Of a stretch of 64,000 nucleotides of DNA, positions 46,338 through 55,734 are shown one piece after another. Where the stretch lies: IMG/VR virus record IMGVR_UViG_3300008111_000002, positions 1 to 64,000 of that record; one strand, 5' to 3'. Each line of letters opens with the position of its first letter. The first letter of the stretch is position 1. A program made the translations under genes and the position numbers. Below the pieces are notes generated by a model that was given only the letters and a program-made list of their open reading frames with translations, ran no database searches and was not told where the DNA came from.

Positions 46338-46482
46338 AGTAGAAGAGGATCCCAAAACTGGAGATTGCATGTTGACCTTTCCTCCGGATCTGCTAGAACA
46401 AGCAGGATGGAAAGAAGGTGATACATTAGAATGGATTGATCAAGGTGATGGTACTTGGCAATTGTTAAAAAAGAATGTATAA
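46318..46482 (+). CDS. AbrB/MazE/SpoVT-like small DNA-binding protein (54 aa)
   Basis: TTG-started ORF absent from the track: MKSWTLEVEEDPKTGDCMLTFPPDLLEQAGWKEGDTLEWIDQGDGTWQLLKKNV. Confidence 0.65.
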   Translation: MKSWTLEVEEDPKTGDCMLTFPPDLLEQAGWKEGDTLEWIDQGDGTWQLLKKNV

Positions 46483-46483
46483 T
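46455..46483 (+). promoter_or_regulatory. Sigma70-type promoter TTGGCA-N17-TATAAT upstream of queE
   Basis: 17-nt spacer, 5 nt before ATG 46489. Confidence 0.6.
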
Positions 46484-46488
46484 AAATT

Positions 46489-47349
46489 ATGAGTAAAATT
46501 AAAATTGCAGAGCTGTTTTACAGCATACAAGGTGAAGGACGCTATATGGGTGTGCCTTCTGTTTTCTTACGTACATTTGGATGCAACTTTAAATGTGCAG
46601 GCTTTGGTATGCCACACGGTAAGATTAGCATTGAAGCAGATGACATTGCATACACTCATGCAAATATTGAATCGTTTCAAAAATACGAAGAACTTCCTCT
46701 AGTGTCTACAGGATGTGATAGTTATGCTAGCTGGCATCCTGCTTTTAAAGATCTTAGTCCAATGCTTACTAGTGAAGCTATTGTAGATCGCATTATGGAA
46801 ATTATTCCGTTTAATGAATGGCGTGATGAGCATCTAGTCATTACAGGCGGTGAGCCGTTACTAGGGTGGCAACGTGCTTATCCTGAGTTGCTAGAACATC
46901 CTAAAATGAAATCTTTGAAAGAAATTACTTTTGAAACAAATGGTACTCAAAAACTTGATCCTAAATTTAAAGATTATTTGATTAAATGGGGTTTAAAAGA
47001 AAGAGGATACAATAAACTTACGTTTTCAGTTAGTGCCAAACTAAGTTGTTCTGGGGAGGAACGGCATGAAGCAATTCGTCCAGATGTTATACGCGAATAT
47101 GAGGAGGTAGGCTACACATATCTTAAATTTGTAGTAGCGACAGAAGAAGATGCAGAAGAAGCAATTGAAACAATCGACATTTACAGAGCCGAAGGGTTTG
47201 CGGGACCCGTATATCTTATGCCAGTTGGCGGGGTGGAGTCTGTTTATAGTCTTAATAATCGTAGGGTCGCTGAATTAGCAATGAAGAACGGATTACGTTA
47301 TTCAGATCGTTTACAGGTACCATTATTTAAAAATGAGTGGGGAACTTAA
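46489..47349 (+). CDS. queE: 7-carboxy-7-deazaguanine synthase (radical SAM)
   Basis: ELFYSIQGEG, FLRTFGCNFKC...GCDS, VITGGEP, FETNG, SAK, LKFVV, YLMP, RLQV. Confidence 0.9.
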   Translation: MSKIKIAELFYSIQGEGRYMGVPSVFLRTFGCNFKCAGFGMPHGKISIEADDIAYTHANIESFQKYEELPLVSTGCDSYASWHPAFKDLSPMLTSEAIVDRIMEIIPFNEWRDEHLVITGGEPLLGWQRAYPELLEHPKMKSLKEITFETNGTQKLDPKFKDYLIKWGLKERGYNKLTFSVSAKLSCSGEERHEAIRPDVIREYEEVGYTYLKFVVATEEDAEEAIETIDIYRAEGFAGPVYLMPVGGVESVYSLNNRRVAELAMKNGLRYSDRLQVPLFKNEWGT

Positions 47350-47801
47350 TGAAAAAATATATTAAAAAAATATTTGGTATTGATAAAATTGAAGAAACCA
47401 AAGCAAAATTAGAAACTGAGAAAGAAGCATTACAAGCTGCAAGAGATAAAGCAGTTGCAGAAACTGTAAAAGCACAAGAAGAAGAAGAACTTGCTAAAAT
47501 AACTCCAAAAGAACGTGCTACTAGAAAAAAAGAACCTTGGGTTGCAGTTTTACAAACACATGTTAATAAAGAAAATTTAAGAAACGGTTTTTTTGAACTT
47601 GACTGGAATGAATACTTTGTTGTACAATTAAAACAACAAGGCTATGGTCTTGACGGTGACCCAGACGAAGAAATTGTAGATCGCTGGTTCCGTGCATTAT
47701 GTAATGATATTGCGGGAGATGAAGGTATTAATATGGATCGTCGCGGTGCAGGTTATATTAATGTTCAACAAATTGGTTCAGGAAAATCTGAGGTTTCATG
47801 A
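47349..47801 (+). CDS. Hypothetical protein
   Basis: Coiled-coil N-terminus, FELDWNEYF motif. Confidence 0.65.
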   Translation: MKKYIKKIFGIDKIEETKAKLETEKEALQAARDKAVAETVKAQEEEELAKITPKERATRKKEPWVAVLQTHVNKENLRNGFFELDWNEYFVVQLKQQGYGLDGDPDEEIVDRWFRALCNDIAGDEGINMDRRGAGYINVQQIGSGKSEVS

Positions 47802-48808
47802 CATATATTCTAGTCGATACGGCTAATACATTTTTTCGTGCTCGTCATGTAATTAATGGCGATACTGATATGAAGCTCGGTATGGCTTTTCATATTACTT
47901 TAAATTCTATTAAAAAAGCATGGAAAGATTTTAATGGATCTCATGTAGTATTTTGTCTCGAAGGACGCAGTTGGCGTAAGGATCACTACGCTCCTTACAA
48001 ACGCAATCGTGCAGAAACTAGGGCTGCTCTTACCCCCTCTCAACAGGAAGAAGATAAACTATTTTGGGAAGCATTTGATACATTTAAAGAGTTTATTACA
48101 GATAAAACTAACTGTACTGTGATGCAACATCCGCAATTGGAAGCTGACGATTTAATTGCTGGTTGGATTCAGAGTCATCCTAATGACGATCATGTTATTA
48201 TTTCAACCGATACTGATTTTGTACAATTAATTGCTTCCAATGTTAAACAATATAACGGAATAACTGAAACAACTATTACACACGAAGGTTATTTTGACGA
48301 CAAGGGAAAATCAGTTATTGATAAAAAAACCAAAGAAGCAAAAGCTGCTCCTGACCCCGAATGGTTATTATTTGAAAAATGTATGCGAGGAGACACTAGT
48401 GATAATATCTTTAGTGCATATCCGGGTGTTCGTGTGAAAGGTACAAAAAATAAAGTTGGTCTTACAGAAGCATTTGCTGATAGAAATAGTAAAGGGTTTA
48501 GTTGGAACAATTTAATGTTGCAACGATGGATTGATCATGAAGGCCAAGAACATCGTGTACTTGATGATTATCAAAGAAATTGTCTGTTAATCGATTTAAG
48601 AAAGCAACCAATTGAGATTAGAGAAATAATTAAAAATACAATTAACGAATCCATATCAGCAAACAAAGATGTTGGACAAGTTGGTATTAAATTATTAAAG
48701 TTTTGCAATCTGTATGACCTAAAAAAGATTTCTGAACAGGCGCAGACTTATGCAGAACCGTTAAATGCAAGATATAAAGCAACAGAACTAATGACAAGGG
48801 AAGTATGA
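47798..48808 (+). CDS. rnh: 5'-3' exonuclease / T4 RNase H-like (FEN family)
   Basis: ILVD, YKRNR, LEADDLIA, ISTDTDFVQL, GDTSDNI. Confidence 0.9.
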   Translation: MTYILVDTANTFFRARHVINGDTDMKLGMAFHITLNSIKKAWKDFNGSHVVFCLEGRSWRKDHYAPYKRNRAETRAALTPSQQEEDKLFWEAFDTFKEFITDKTNCTVMQHPQLEADDLIAGWIQSHPNDDHVIISTDTDFVQLIASNVKQYNGITETTITHEGYFDDKGKSVIDKKTKEAKAAPDPEWLLFEKCMRGDTSDNIFSAYPGVRVKGTKNKVGLTEAFADRNSKGFSWNNLMLQRWIDHEGQEHRVLDDYQRNCLLIDLRKQPIEIREIIKNTINESISANKDVGQVGIKLLKFCNLYDLKKISEQAQTYAEPLNARYKATELMTREV

Positions 48809-49284
48809 TGACAGAGTTACATGCAAAACCAATCATTGAAAATAAATTTTGGGTGATAGAAAAAGATGGCAATCGATATGCAACACTTCGAAAAGATGAA
48901 GAAGATCGATTCGTGATGAGTAATTCCACAGGAATTAAAATTTTTAAAAATAAAGAAAGTTTAACAAAACAATTTGGCAACGATTTTTTTATTGCTAAAA
49001 TTATTAAAGAAAGTCACAATGCTCAAGAATTAGAAGTACATGGTTATGCTACGAGTGTTGTTCCGCATAATCCCTTATATGATATTAAAAGAAAACTGCC
49101 TCTGTTTACAAAAAGTGAGGACAGCAAAAGTCTTTATTGCGCAGGACACTATATAATTAAATTTGAAAAAGGTTGGGTAAAAAGTTTTTGTCCAAAGTTG
49201 ATTACTTTGCAAAGATATGATTACCGAGGACCTTATAAAAGTGAGTGTGATTTAAAACAGGCCATAAACAATGTCAGTAGATAA
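48805..49284 (+). CDS. Hypothetical protein
   Basis: Clean coupled ORF. Confidence 0.6.
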   Translation: MMTELHAKPIIENKFWVIEKDGNRYATLRKDEEDRFVMSNSTGIKIFKNKESLTKQFGNDFFIAKIIKESHNAQELEVHGYATSVVPHNPLYDIKRKLPLFTKSEDSKSLYCAGHYIIKFEKGWVKSFCPKLITLQRYDYRGPYKSECDLKQAINNVSR

Positions 49285-49519
49285 TTTACCAAATCGTTTA
49301 ACCAGCGTAGAAAAATTGGTTCAAAGACTTAAAAGTGCAGAATTAAGCAATCAAAAAGAAATACGTATTACTACTCAAGAAGCCAGAGAGATTATAACTG
49401 ATTTATCCATCTTAACCTCTAAAATGGCTAATCATATTCAAGAAATCAACGAAAGACTTAAAAAATTAGAAACTAACCAGGGTGTAGTCGAAGTTAAGAT
49501 GGATGGCGGGTCTTTCTAA
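49271..49519 (+). CDS. Hypothetical coiled-coil protein
   Basis: Clean coupled ORF. Confidence 0.55.
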   Translation: MSVDNLPNRLTSVEKLVQRLKSAELSNQKEIRITTQEAREIITDLSILTSKMANHIQEINERLKKLETNQGVVEVKMDGGSF

Positions 49520-49558
49520 AAAAGATAAATATATGCGTATATAATTTGGATACGCATT

Positions 49559-49846
49559 ATGAGTAGACCTAAACCAAAAGTTCTTTTAGAATACGGAAGT
49601 AAGGACAATTATAAATTAGAACAGATTTTAGAAGCGGAAGCAATTTGGGCCGTATTCTATAAGGGCCAGCCCTTTAATCTAAAAAGCGGAAGTATGGTTG
49701 CAAGCTATCCTGGACCAAAATATAAAAAAGTTTCATTTAGTAATCCAGGCCATGCGCACAACCTTGCTAAAAAATTAAATAAAATGTTTAAGACTTCTGA
49801 CTTCTCAGTTTATAAGTTGACTACCGGTGAAGAAATCAAAAATTAA
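49559..49846 (+). CDS. Hypothetical basic protein
   Basis: Late promoter GATAAATA at 49524-49531 and an RBS-covering hairpin upstream. Confidence 0.65.
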   Translation: MSRPKPKVLLEYGSKDNYKLEQILEAEAIWAVFYKGQPFNLKSGSMVASYPGPKYKKVSFSNPGHAHNLAKKLNKMFKTSDFSVYKLTTGEEIKN

Positions 49847-50246
49847 AATTGAACAAAAAGATCAATTTACAACTGTTTTTTTAAAAGCAGCAAGTATTGA
49901 AATAACTGATACAAAATTTAAAGATTATAAAAATGCTTGGTGGCTAAACTTTAGACATAAAGACGACGGCGGACTACGATTATCAGATCAAGGAATTGAG
50001 TTCGTTCAAAAATATGCAGACATAAAAACATATTTTATAGAATTTCCAGAAGATTTAAAAATTACACCTCAAATTTTAGTCTGGCTCGACAACTTTATTA
50101 AATCCCCATATCATATAGGAAAAAAAGGAATAACTGTGCTGTCCGAAATAGCTGCATTTGAGTTATACTTATTTTCCGGAGATGTTCAAAAACTTGGCTC
50201 AAACAAAGCTATGGCCAAGAGATTTGCTCAAGATTTAAACAATTAA
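49827..50246 (+). CDS. Hypothetical protein
   Basis: GTG start, overlapping the previous ORF. Confidence 0.55.
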   Translation: MKKSKIKIEQKDQFTTVFLKAASIEITDTKFKDYKNAWWLNFRHKDDGGLRLSDQGIEFVQKYADIKTYFIEFPEDLKITPQILVWLDNFIKSPYHIGKKGITVLSEIAAFELYLFSGDVQKLGSNKAMAKRFAQDLNN

Positions 50247-50270
50247 ATCCTGTCTGATTTAAATATTATC

Positions 50271-50543
50271 ATGAAACTTAACCCATTGAGTATTTGTAAG
50301 AAAAGAAAAGTAAATTTTTTACCAGTACATTTTTCTAAAATAGCCGTCAATGACGAGAGCTTATTTTTTGATAACGGTTTGGTAGATTGGATTGAAAACA
50401 AACTCAACGGAAGATATGCTATTGTAACATTACCTTATGTAATAGAAAATAGCAAAACAACTACTAAAACTTTTGTAGCCTTTGAGGATTCAAAAGAATT
50501 AACATATTTTATGTTAGCTTACCCAAATTTAAGGAGAAACTGA
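50271..50543 (+). CDS. Hypothetical protein
   Basis: TAAATA at 50260-50265 upstream. Confidence 0.55.
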   Translation: MKLNPLSICKKRKVNFLPVHFSKIAVNDESLFFDNGLVDWIENKLNGRYAIVTLPYVIENSKTTTKTFVAFEDSKELTYFMLAYPNLRRN

Positions 50544-50773
50544 TGAACGAAGAACAAATGACACAGACTGCACCAGAAGCAGCAGCAGCACCTACACAAG
50601 CTGCACCAGAAAAAGAAGGAACAGAATTAAATATTGGCGACCTTCAATCATTAAAAGCAATTATTGATATTGCAAGTCAACGCGGAGCATTTAAAGCAAC
50701 TGAACTAGAAGCTGTTGGAAAAACGTATAATCGTTTAAACAAGTTTTTAGAAGAAGTAGCTAAAGGACAATAA
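50543..50773 (+). CDS. Hypothetical protein
   Basis: AAGGAG RBS; RGAFKATELEAVG motif. Confidence 0.6.
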   Translation: MNEEQMTQTAPEAAAAPTQAAPEKEGTELNIGDLQSLKAIIDIASQRGAFKATELEAVGKTYNRLNKFLEEVAKGQ

Positions 50774-50775
50774 TT

Positions 50776-51438
50776 ATGGCAATTAAGCACGTAGGCAAAA
50801 TGAAAAACAACGGAGCAAAAGTTCTTGTTGCTTTTCGTACATTGCCCGGAGATCCGTATTTTGCATTAGTAGTTGGTACAGCTAGTTTAAGTGATTCATA
50901 CCACAATGCAATCATTACACTAGTTGAAAGCCAACAAGCACAAGATGCTAATGAACTAGGAGAAATCCTTGGAATTAGACATTTTCCAGATGGAAGATTA
51001 ATGTTAGAAGCCATGCACGTAGATGGAAAATTAGTTAAAGTTCCAACATCAGATGTATTAATGACACCTGATACTAGTAATATGGTCCCGTTATCAGAAT
51101 TAAATGCTCTAATAGCCGAACAACGGGGTGTAGCTATTGATGAGTTAGTGAATTTTATTGGTCACACTGCCGGATCCTCAATTGAAGAAGTTGCAAGAGT
51201 GAATGAAATTCCTTCAGAAACAGCAACTTTGCCAACGGGCAATGACACATCAAAAACTACTTCTGCTAGTGTGAATCAAACAGATAATGCACTGTTAACT
51301 GATAAAGATTTGGCTCGCTCCTATCGTAGCCAAGCAGATTCTATGTATAAAGAAGCTGCTAAGTTGCGTAAACAGGCAGACGAATTAGATCCACCACAGA
51401 AAAAAACTACAAAGGCTAAAGAAACATCTGATGCCTAA
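50776..51438 (+). CDS. Hypothetical protein
   Basis: Clean 220-aa ORF. Confidence 0.65.
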   Translation: MAIKHVGKMKNNGAKVLVAFRTLPGDPYFALVVGTASLSDSYHNAIITLVESQQAQDANELGEILGIRHFPDGRLMLEAMHVDGKLVKVPTSDVLMTPDTSNMVPLSELNALIAEQRGVAIDELVNFIGHTAGSSIEEVARVNEIPSETATLPTGNDTSKTTSASVNQTDNALLTDKDLARSYRSQADSMYKEAAKLRKQADELDPPQKKTTKAKETSDA

Positions 51439-51736
51439 AAAATTTTTTCGACCGCCAGAAAAAGTTGTTAATGAATGGCCGGAAATTTTTGAGGACATGT
51501 ATATGAGCACCATGCCTCTCTATTATACAAAATCTATGCAGATTAAATTTGATAATGGGAGGATATGGCAGCTCAATATACAAGAGTTAGTAGTTGAACA
51601 TGGTAGTGATGAATTATCTACTAAACTATTAGAAACATTTAAAGAATATCAACAAGACATCACCGGTGTAGATTTTGAAATTGATATCGATAAATTAAAA
51701 AAAGATATTAAAAAATCAATTAAGAAAATTCTTTAA
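51431..51736 (+). CDS. Hypothetical protein
   Basis: Last plus-strand gene; convergent overlap with the island gene. Confidence 0.6.
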   Translation: MPKKFFRPPEKVVNEWPEIFEDMYMSTMPLYYTKSMQIKFDNGRIWQLNIQELVVEHGSDELSTKLLETFKEYQQDITGVDFEIDIDKLKKDIKKSIKKIL

Positions 51737-52925
51737 AATACTTTTTAGTACTAGATACAATTTCATCAAGGTATTGTTTTCTAAAGTCTAATTGTTTATA
51801 AATGTATAAATTATGTTCAACGATTGACAACCATTTGTTATAATATTTTTCTTTATCATCATTTATCCAAGATAAAAAAGATTCGTGAAATTTAGCGAAT
51901 CTTTTTTTATGATCCGCAATATCGTCATAACTTGTATCTATGAAATCAGTTCTAAATCCATAATTTTGTAATTTTTTTAATATTCCAACTTGTCCAAGTA
52001 TAATAAATGGATGTCCCATAGCAATTGGGCGAAATGTTTTTTCTGTTATAAACATTCCCGGATCCTCAAAAAAAGTTTCTGTTGAAACGGTTAAGAATGT
52101 ATTTTCAAAAATACATAAATTACTTTTTCCAGCAAGATGTGCTGTTCTTAATTCTTCTGTCGAAACATCAGCTTCTATTGGATATTGTGTTTTTAAAGTT
52201 TTACTATAAGTTTCCGATGATTCATCTAAAAATGTAGGATTTAATGATTCTAAATTAGTATCAAAAAAAGATCCACCAGAAACGATTCCTCGAGATAGTA
52301 AATTATTTTTTGCTAAAAAATATAAATGATCTGTTCTATGACTTCTGTGCGCCCTGTTTAAGCTATTAAAAAGTTTAGCACGATTCTTTATTGATTTATA
52401 AAAAATAGGATCATATTGTTTTTTCCAAGCCTCTCCAACCCATTCTATACCTTCAATAAATTCTAAAGTTGGTTTTAGATTATTTTGCCGACACCACTTA
52501 TTGTATTGTTCTTTTGCTTTTAAATTTCCAGATACGATTAGTACACTCTTAGAAGGTAATTCTAATTTATCAAAAGATTCTGTCAGGTATCTATAACAAT
52601 CATATTTTGATGTAAAACTATCTCCTTCAACTACAGAAATTATTACGATTCTTAATTTTTTTTGTTTTGTAGCCTCTATCACATGAATCGGAATATTATC
52701 TAAAATTTTAAAACTATCTTGATGTTCGTCTGTACACCAATCATAAGAATGTCTACTAACTTCAATAAAATATATTCCGGGATAATCATAATTTTTACTA
52801 CAAACAAATTCTAATTCAGGATGTGTATTTCTTTTAACAAAATATTCATAAGGTCTGACATTTTTTACCTGATCTATATGAGAAAGATTTATTTCATTCT
52901 GATTATCAAAATAACACTGTATCAT
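51720..52925 (-). CDS. GT10/fucosyltransferase-like GT-B protein, paralog 1
   Basis: FNSLNRAHRSHR, TETFF..FITEKTFRPIAMGHPFIILG, GFRTDFIDTSYD. Confidence 0.55.
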   Translation of the reverse strand: MIQCYFDNQNEINLSHIDQVKNVRPYEYFVKRNTHPELEFVCSKNYDYPGIYFIEVSRHSYDWCTDEHQDSFKILDNIPIHVIEATKQKKLRIVIISVVEGDSFTSKYDCYRYLTESFDKLELPSKSVLIVSGNLKAKEQYNKWCRQNNLKPTLEFIEGIEWVGEAWKKQYDPIFYKSIKNRAKLFNSLNRAHRSHRTDHLYFLAKNNLLSRGIVSGGSFFDTNLESLNPTFLDESSETYSKTLKTQYPIEADVSTEELRTAHLAGKSNLCIFENTFLTVSTETFFEDPGMFITEKTFRPIAMGHPFIILGQVGILKKLQNYGFRTDFIDTSYDDIADHKKRFAKFHESFLSWINDDKEKYYNKWLSIVEHNLYIYKQLDFRKQYLDEIVSSTKKYFKEFS

Positions 52926-53514
52926 ATCCCCTCGCTAGTATCACACCATTATTTTGAGAATAAACAATTCTGTAATTACGACTGACCAGGAACGGCACAA
53001 CAGCAGAGCATTTTCCTATATAAATTCCGCTATGTTCTTGCAACGGTGTATCATCGCAAATAATAATAGACTTATCAGACATATAAGGATAACAATTTAT
53101 CATTTGATTTAAATGTTCTGCTACACAATTAAGATTAGTCCATTCTAAATTAAATTTTTCTCGATATAAATTTTTTAATCCAGTTTCATCTGGTTTCATT
53201 GGACGATGATTCCAATCATAATTATCTAGATATAAAATTTTTATTTTTTTGTTAAGAGTTGGTAAAACTTCCTTGGTCCATTTTGATCCGTCGCTGACCA
53301 CAAAGGTAGTATTTGTTAAATGAGATAAATTATTTCTAGCAGATTCTGATATATCAACACTATAAAAAGGAACGTTAAATTTCTTCGAATGCAAATTAAA
53401 AAATTCAGTAGAACCTTCTCCCCTCTCGCTACCGATTTCTAATATAATGTCTTTATGCTGATCGTATTCAGCATATAGAATGAAGGGAATCGAGTTTTTA
53501 TGAAAGTTTGCCAT
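52906..53514 (-). CDS. Class I SAM-dependent methyltransferase
   Basis: ILEIGSERGEGST, YSVD, ILYLDN, IICDDT. Confidence 0.7.
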   Translation of the reverse strand: MANFHKNSIPFILYAEYDQHKDIILEIGSERGEGSTEFFNLHSKKFNVPFYSVDISESARNNLSHLTNTTFVVSDGSKWTKEVLPTLNKKIKILYLDNYDWNHRPMKPDETGLKNLYREKFNLEWTNLNCVAEHLNQMINCYPYMSDKSIIICDDTPLQEHSGIYIGKCSAVVPFLVSRNYRIVYSQNNGVILARGYDTVLF

Positions 53515-54600
53515 TTAGTAAATCCTTGCTGGGGTCCATTTCATATCTTTTAAAAAAAAGAAAAAATAATCGTCGGTCATTCCGTATAATTTAAAAGGTC
53601 TATCTTCTAACATAAATTTTAATGCCTCTGGAACTATTCTTTGTTTATCATACATAATTTCTATAATTTTAGATTTATTATGAATCAATTTAGGAAGAAG
53701 TTTAAAATACAAATTCTGTAATTCTGGCTCTGATAAATTTATAATCGATCTAATATTTTCAATGATTCCGGAAATTCTATCTTCTAATAAATCGCAATCG
53801 TCAAAACTATAATCAAATATTTCATCATATAATTTCAAATTAAATTTTTTACAAAAATAATCTTTATAAAAATGTTTGCAGCTAAGAACTAAAAAAGGTT
53901 TAAACCAAGCAATACTTCTTAATGTCTTTTCAGTTAAATGAAATCTACCTTCTTCAAACCAAGTTTCGTTAATAATATCAACAAAACAGTTTTCTATACT
54001 TTTGGGTTTTCTAAAATGTTCTGTAGAATCTTTTGAATATAGATCTTCATCCATTCGTATTCTACCATCATAATATCTCCATCTACAATGATGATCTCTT
54101 AATACTTCGTTCGCTCTGGTAAAAGTTACCATACCCTTGTCAATCCATCCCTCTTTAGCTAATGCATCAACCATTTTAATTCTATGTTCTGCAACACGCA
54201 CATTATAACAACTATAATAATATCTAAAATTTCTAGGACCTCGCATATAAGGAACAATCGCTACTCCCTGATCGTATTTTTCAGGAAAAGACATGTTGTT
54301 AATAAATGATGGAAATGCAGTAATAATATTACCATAAGATGTTTCACATTTTACATGAGGGTGCAACCATTTATCTAAATGTGGTGTTACAACATTTATA
54401 ATTTTATTATTTTTGATACACCAATCTTTCAAATGTATAAAAGCATTTCCATATAATTCCTCTATCGCCACTTCTGTTACGCTATGAACAATAATTTTAT
54501 CGGGGTTTATTTCTTCAATTGATTTAGATAAAAATAACCATTCGTCATCTGTACTAGGAAATAATGAATGACAATTTTGAATAATATATGCTTTTATCAT
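53515..54600 (-). CDS. GT10-like GT-B protein, paralog 2
   Basis: YSCYNVRVAEHR, INETWF..HLTEKTLRSIAWFKPFLVL, FDYSFD. Confidence 0.55.
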   Translation of the reverse strand: MIKAYIIQNCHSLFPSTDDEWLFLSKSIEEINPDKIIVHSVTEVAIEELYGNAFIHLKDWCIKNNKIINVVTPHLDKWLHPHVKCETSYGNIITAFPSFINNMSFPEKYDQGVAIVPYMRGPRNFRYYYSCYNVRVAEHRIKMVDALAKEGWIDKGMVTFTRANEVLRDHHCRWRYYDGRIRMDEDLYSKDSTEHFRKPKSIENCFVDIINETWFEEGRFHLTEKTLRSIAWFKPFLVLSCKHFYKDYFCKKFNLKLYDEIFDYSFDDCDLLEDRISGIIENIRSIINLSEPELQNLYFKLLPKLIHNKSKIIEIMYDKQRIVPEALKFMLEDRPFKLYGMTDDYFFFFLKDMKWTPARIY

Positions 54601-55727
54601 GTTATATTAAATACTGGTTCGATTAAATTGTTAATAAATTTTAAATTATTATATTTTGACAAATATAATTTTATATCAGGAGTGAGGTATACAGTGTCTT
54701 TGACATAAACTGTATAATTTTCTTTTAAAAATTTTTCGCACAATTTTAATTGATGACTTTCTTCAAAAATATCAATTCCCTTTTTATATGAAACATATTC
54801 AAAATAAAAAGGAAGACGTTTTATATTTTGTTCTATATAATACTGCTTTAAGAATTCTAAATGATCAAGATTAAAATCGTCTATCATTTTTCCAAAATTA
54901 AAACTATTTCCAGAATCCATTAACGCATTTCCAAATGCTCTATTATCTCTAGGTAAACATGGACCTCCGAATCCAAATCCGTAATTTAAAAAATCATTTC
55001 CTATGCGTCGATCAGTGCCAATTGTTGATAACACGATATCTATTTCAGAGAATAATTTGTTTTTTATTAAATATTGACCAACCAAATTAGCAAAACTTAT
55101 TTTTAAAGTTAAAAACGAATTAATAGCAATCTTTGTAATTTCTGCTGATCTGAAAGACATTGTTTTTACTTCAGAATTAACTTCTTGAAAAGATTTATAT
55201 ACCTTTATTAATTTATTAATCGAATCAATATCTTCTCCGCCGATTAATACTAAATCAGCTTTTTTTAAATCTTGTATGATCGACCCTTGGGCAATAAATT
55301 CTGGATTGTATAACAATGATGCTCCAGTATCTTTTAAAATATTATTAAAAATTTCGCAATCACCCGGATTAACCGTCGATGTAATAACAATAATCTTATT
55401 GAATAAATTTACTTTTTTAAATTCAGAAAATATATTAAAAATAGATGTTACGTCGTATTTTCCGTTATCTAAAGAAGGTGTCGAAACAATAATAAAGATT
55501 ATATCTGATTTATCAATTAATTCTTTGTTATCTGATGTTGCTGATAATTTTTTTGATTCGATGAGGTATTGATTTACAAATGGTTCATTTGAATAAAATT
55601 TTTTATCGTTTAGACTATCGACATAGGACTGATTTATGTCAGAAACAATAACATTAAAACCAGCTCTTTCGATAACGAGAGCCATTGATAATCCTAATTT
55701 TCCTGCACCGATGATACCAACATTCAT
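54597..55727 (-). CDS. ugd: UDP-glucose/GDP-mannose 6-dehydrogenase
   Basis: GIIGAGKLG, FIIVSTP, STVNPG, YNPEFIAQG, AEITKIAINSF, GFGFGGPCLPRD. Confidence 0.85.
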   Translation of the reverse strand: MNVGIIGAGKLGLSMALVIERAGFNVIVSDINQSYVDSLNDKKFYSNEPFVNQYLIESKKLSATSDNKELIDKSDIIFIIVSTPSLDNGKYDVTSIFNIFSEFKKVNLFNKIIVITSTVNPGDCEIFNNILKDTGASLLYNPEFIAQGSIIQDLKKADLVLIGGEDIDSINKLIKVYKSFQEVNSEVKTMSFRSAEITKIAINSFLTLKISFANLVGQYLIKNKLFSEIDIVLSTIGTDRRIGNDFLNYGFGFGGPCLPRDNRAFGNALMDSGNSFNFGKMIDDFNLDHLEFLKQYYIEQNIKRLPFYFEYVSYKKGIDIFEESHQLKLCEKFLKENYTVYVKDTVYLTPDIKLYLSKYNNLKFINNLIEPVFNIT

Positions 55728-55734
55728 AAAAGTT

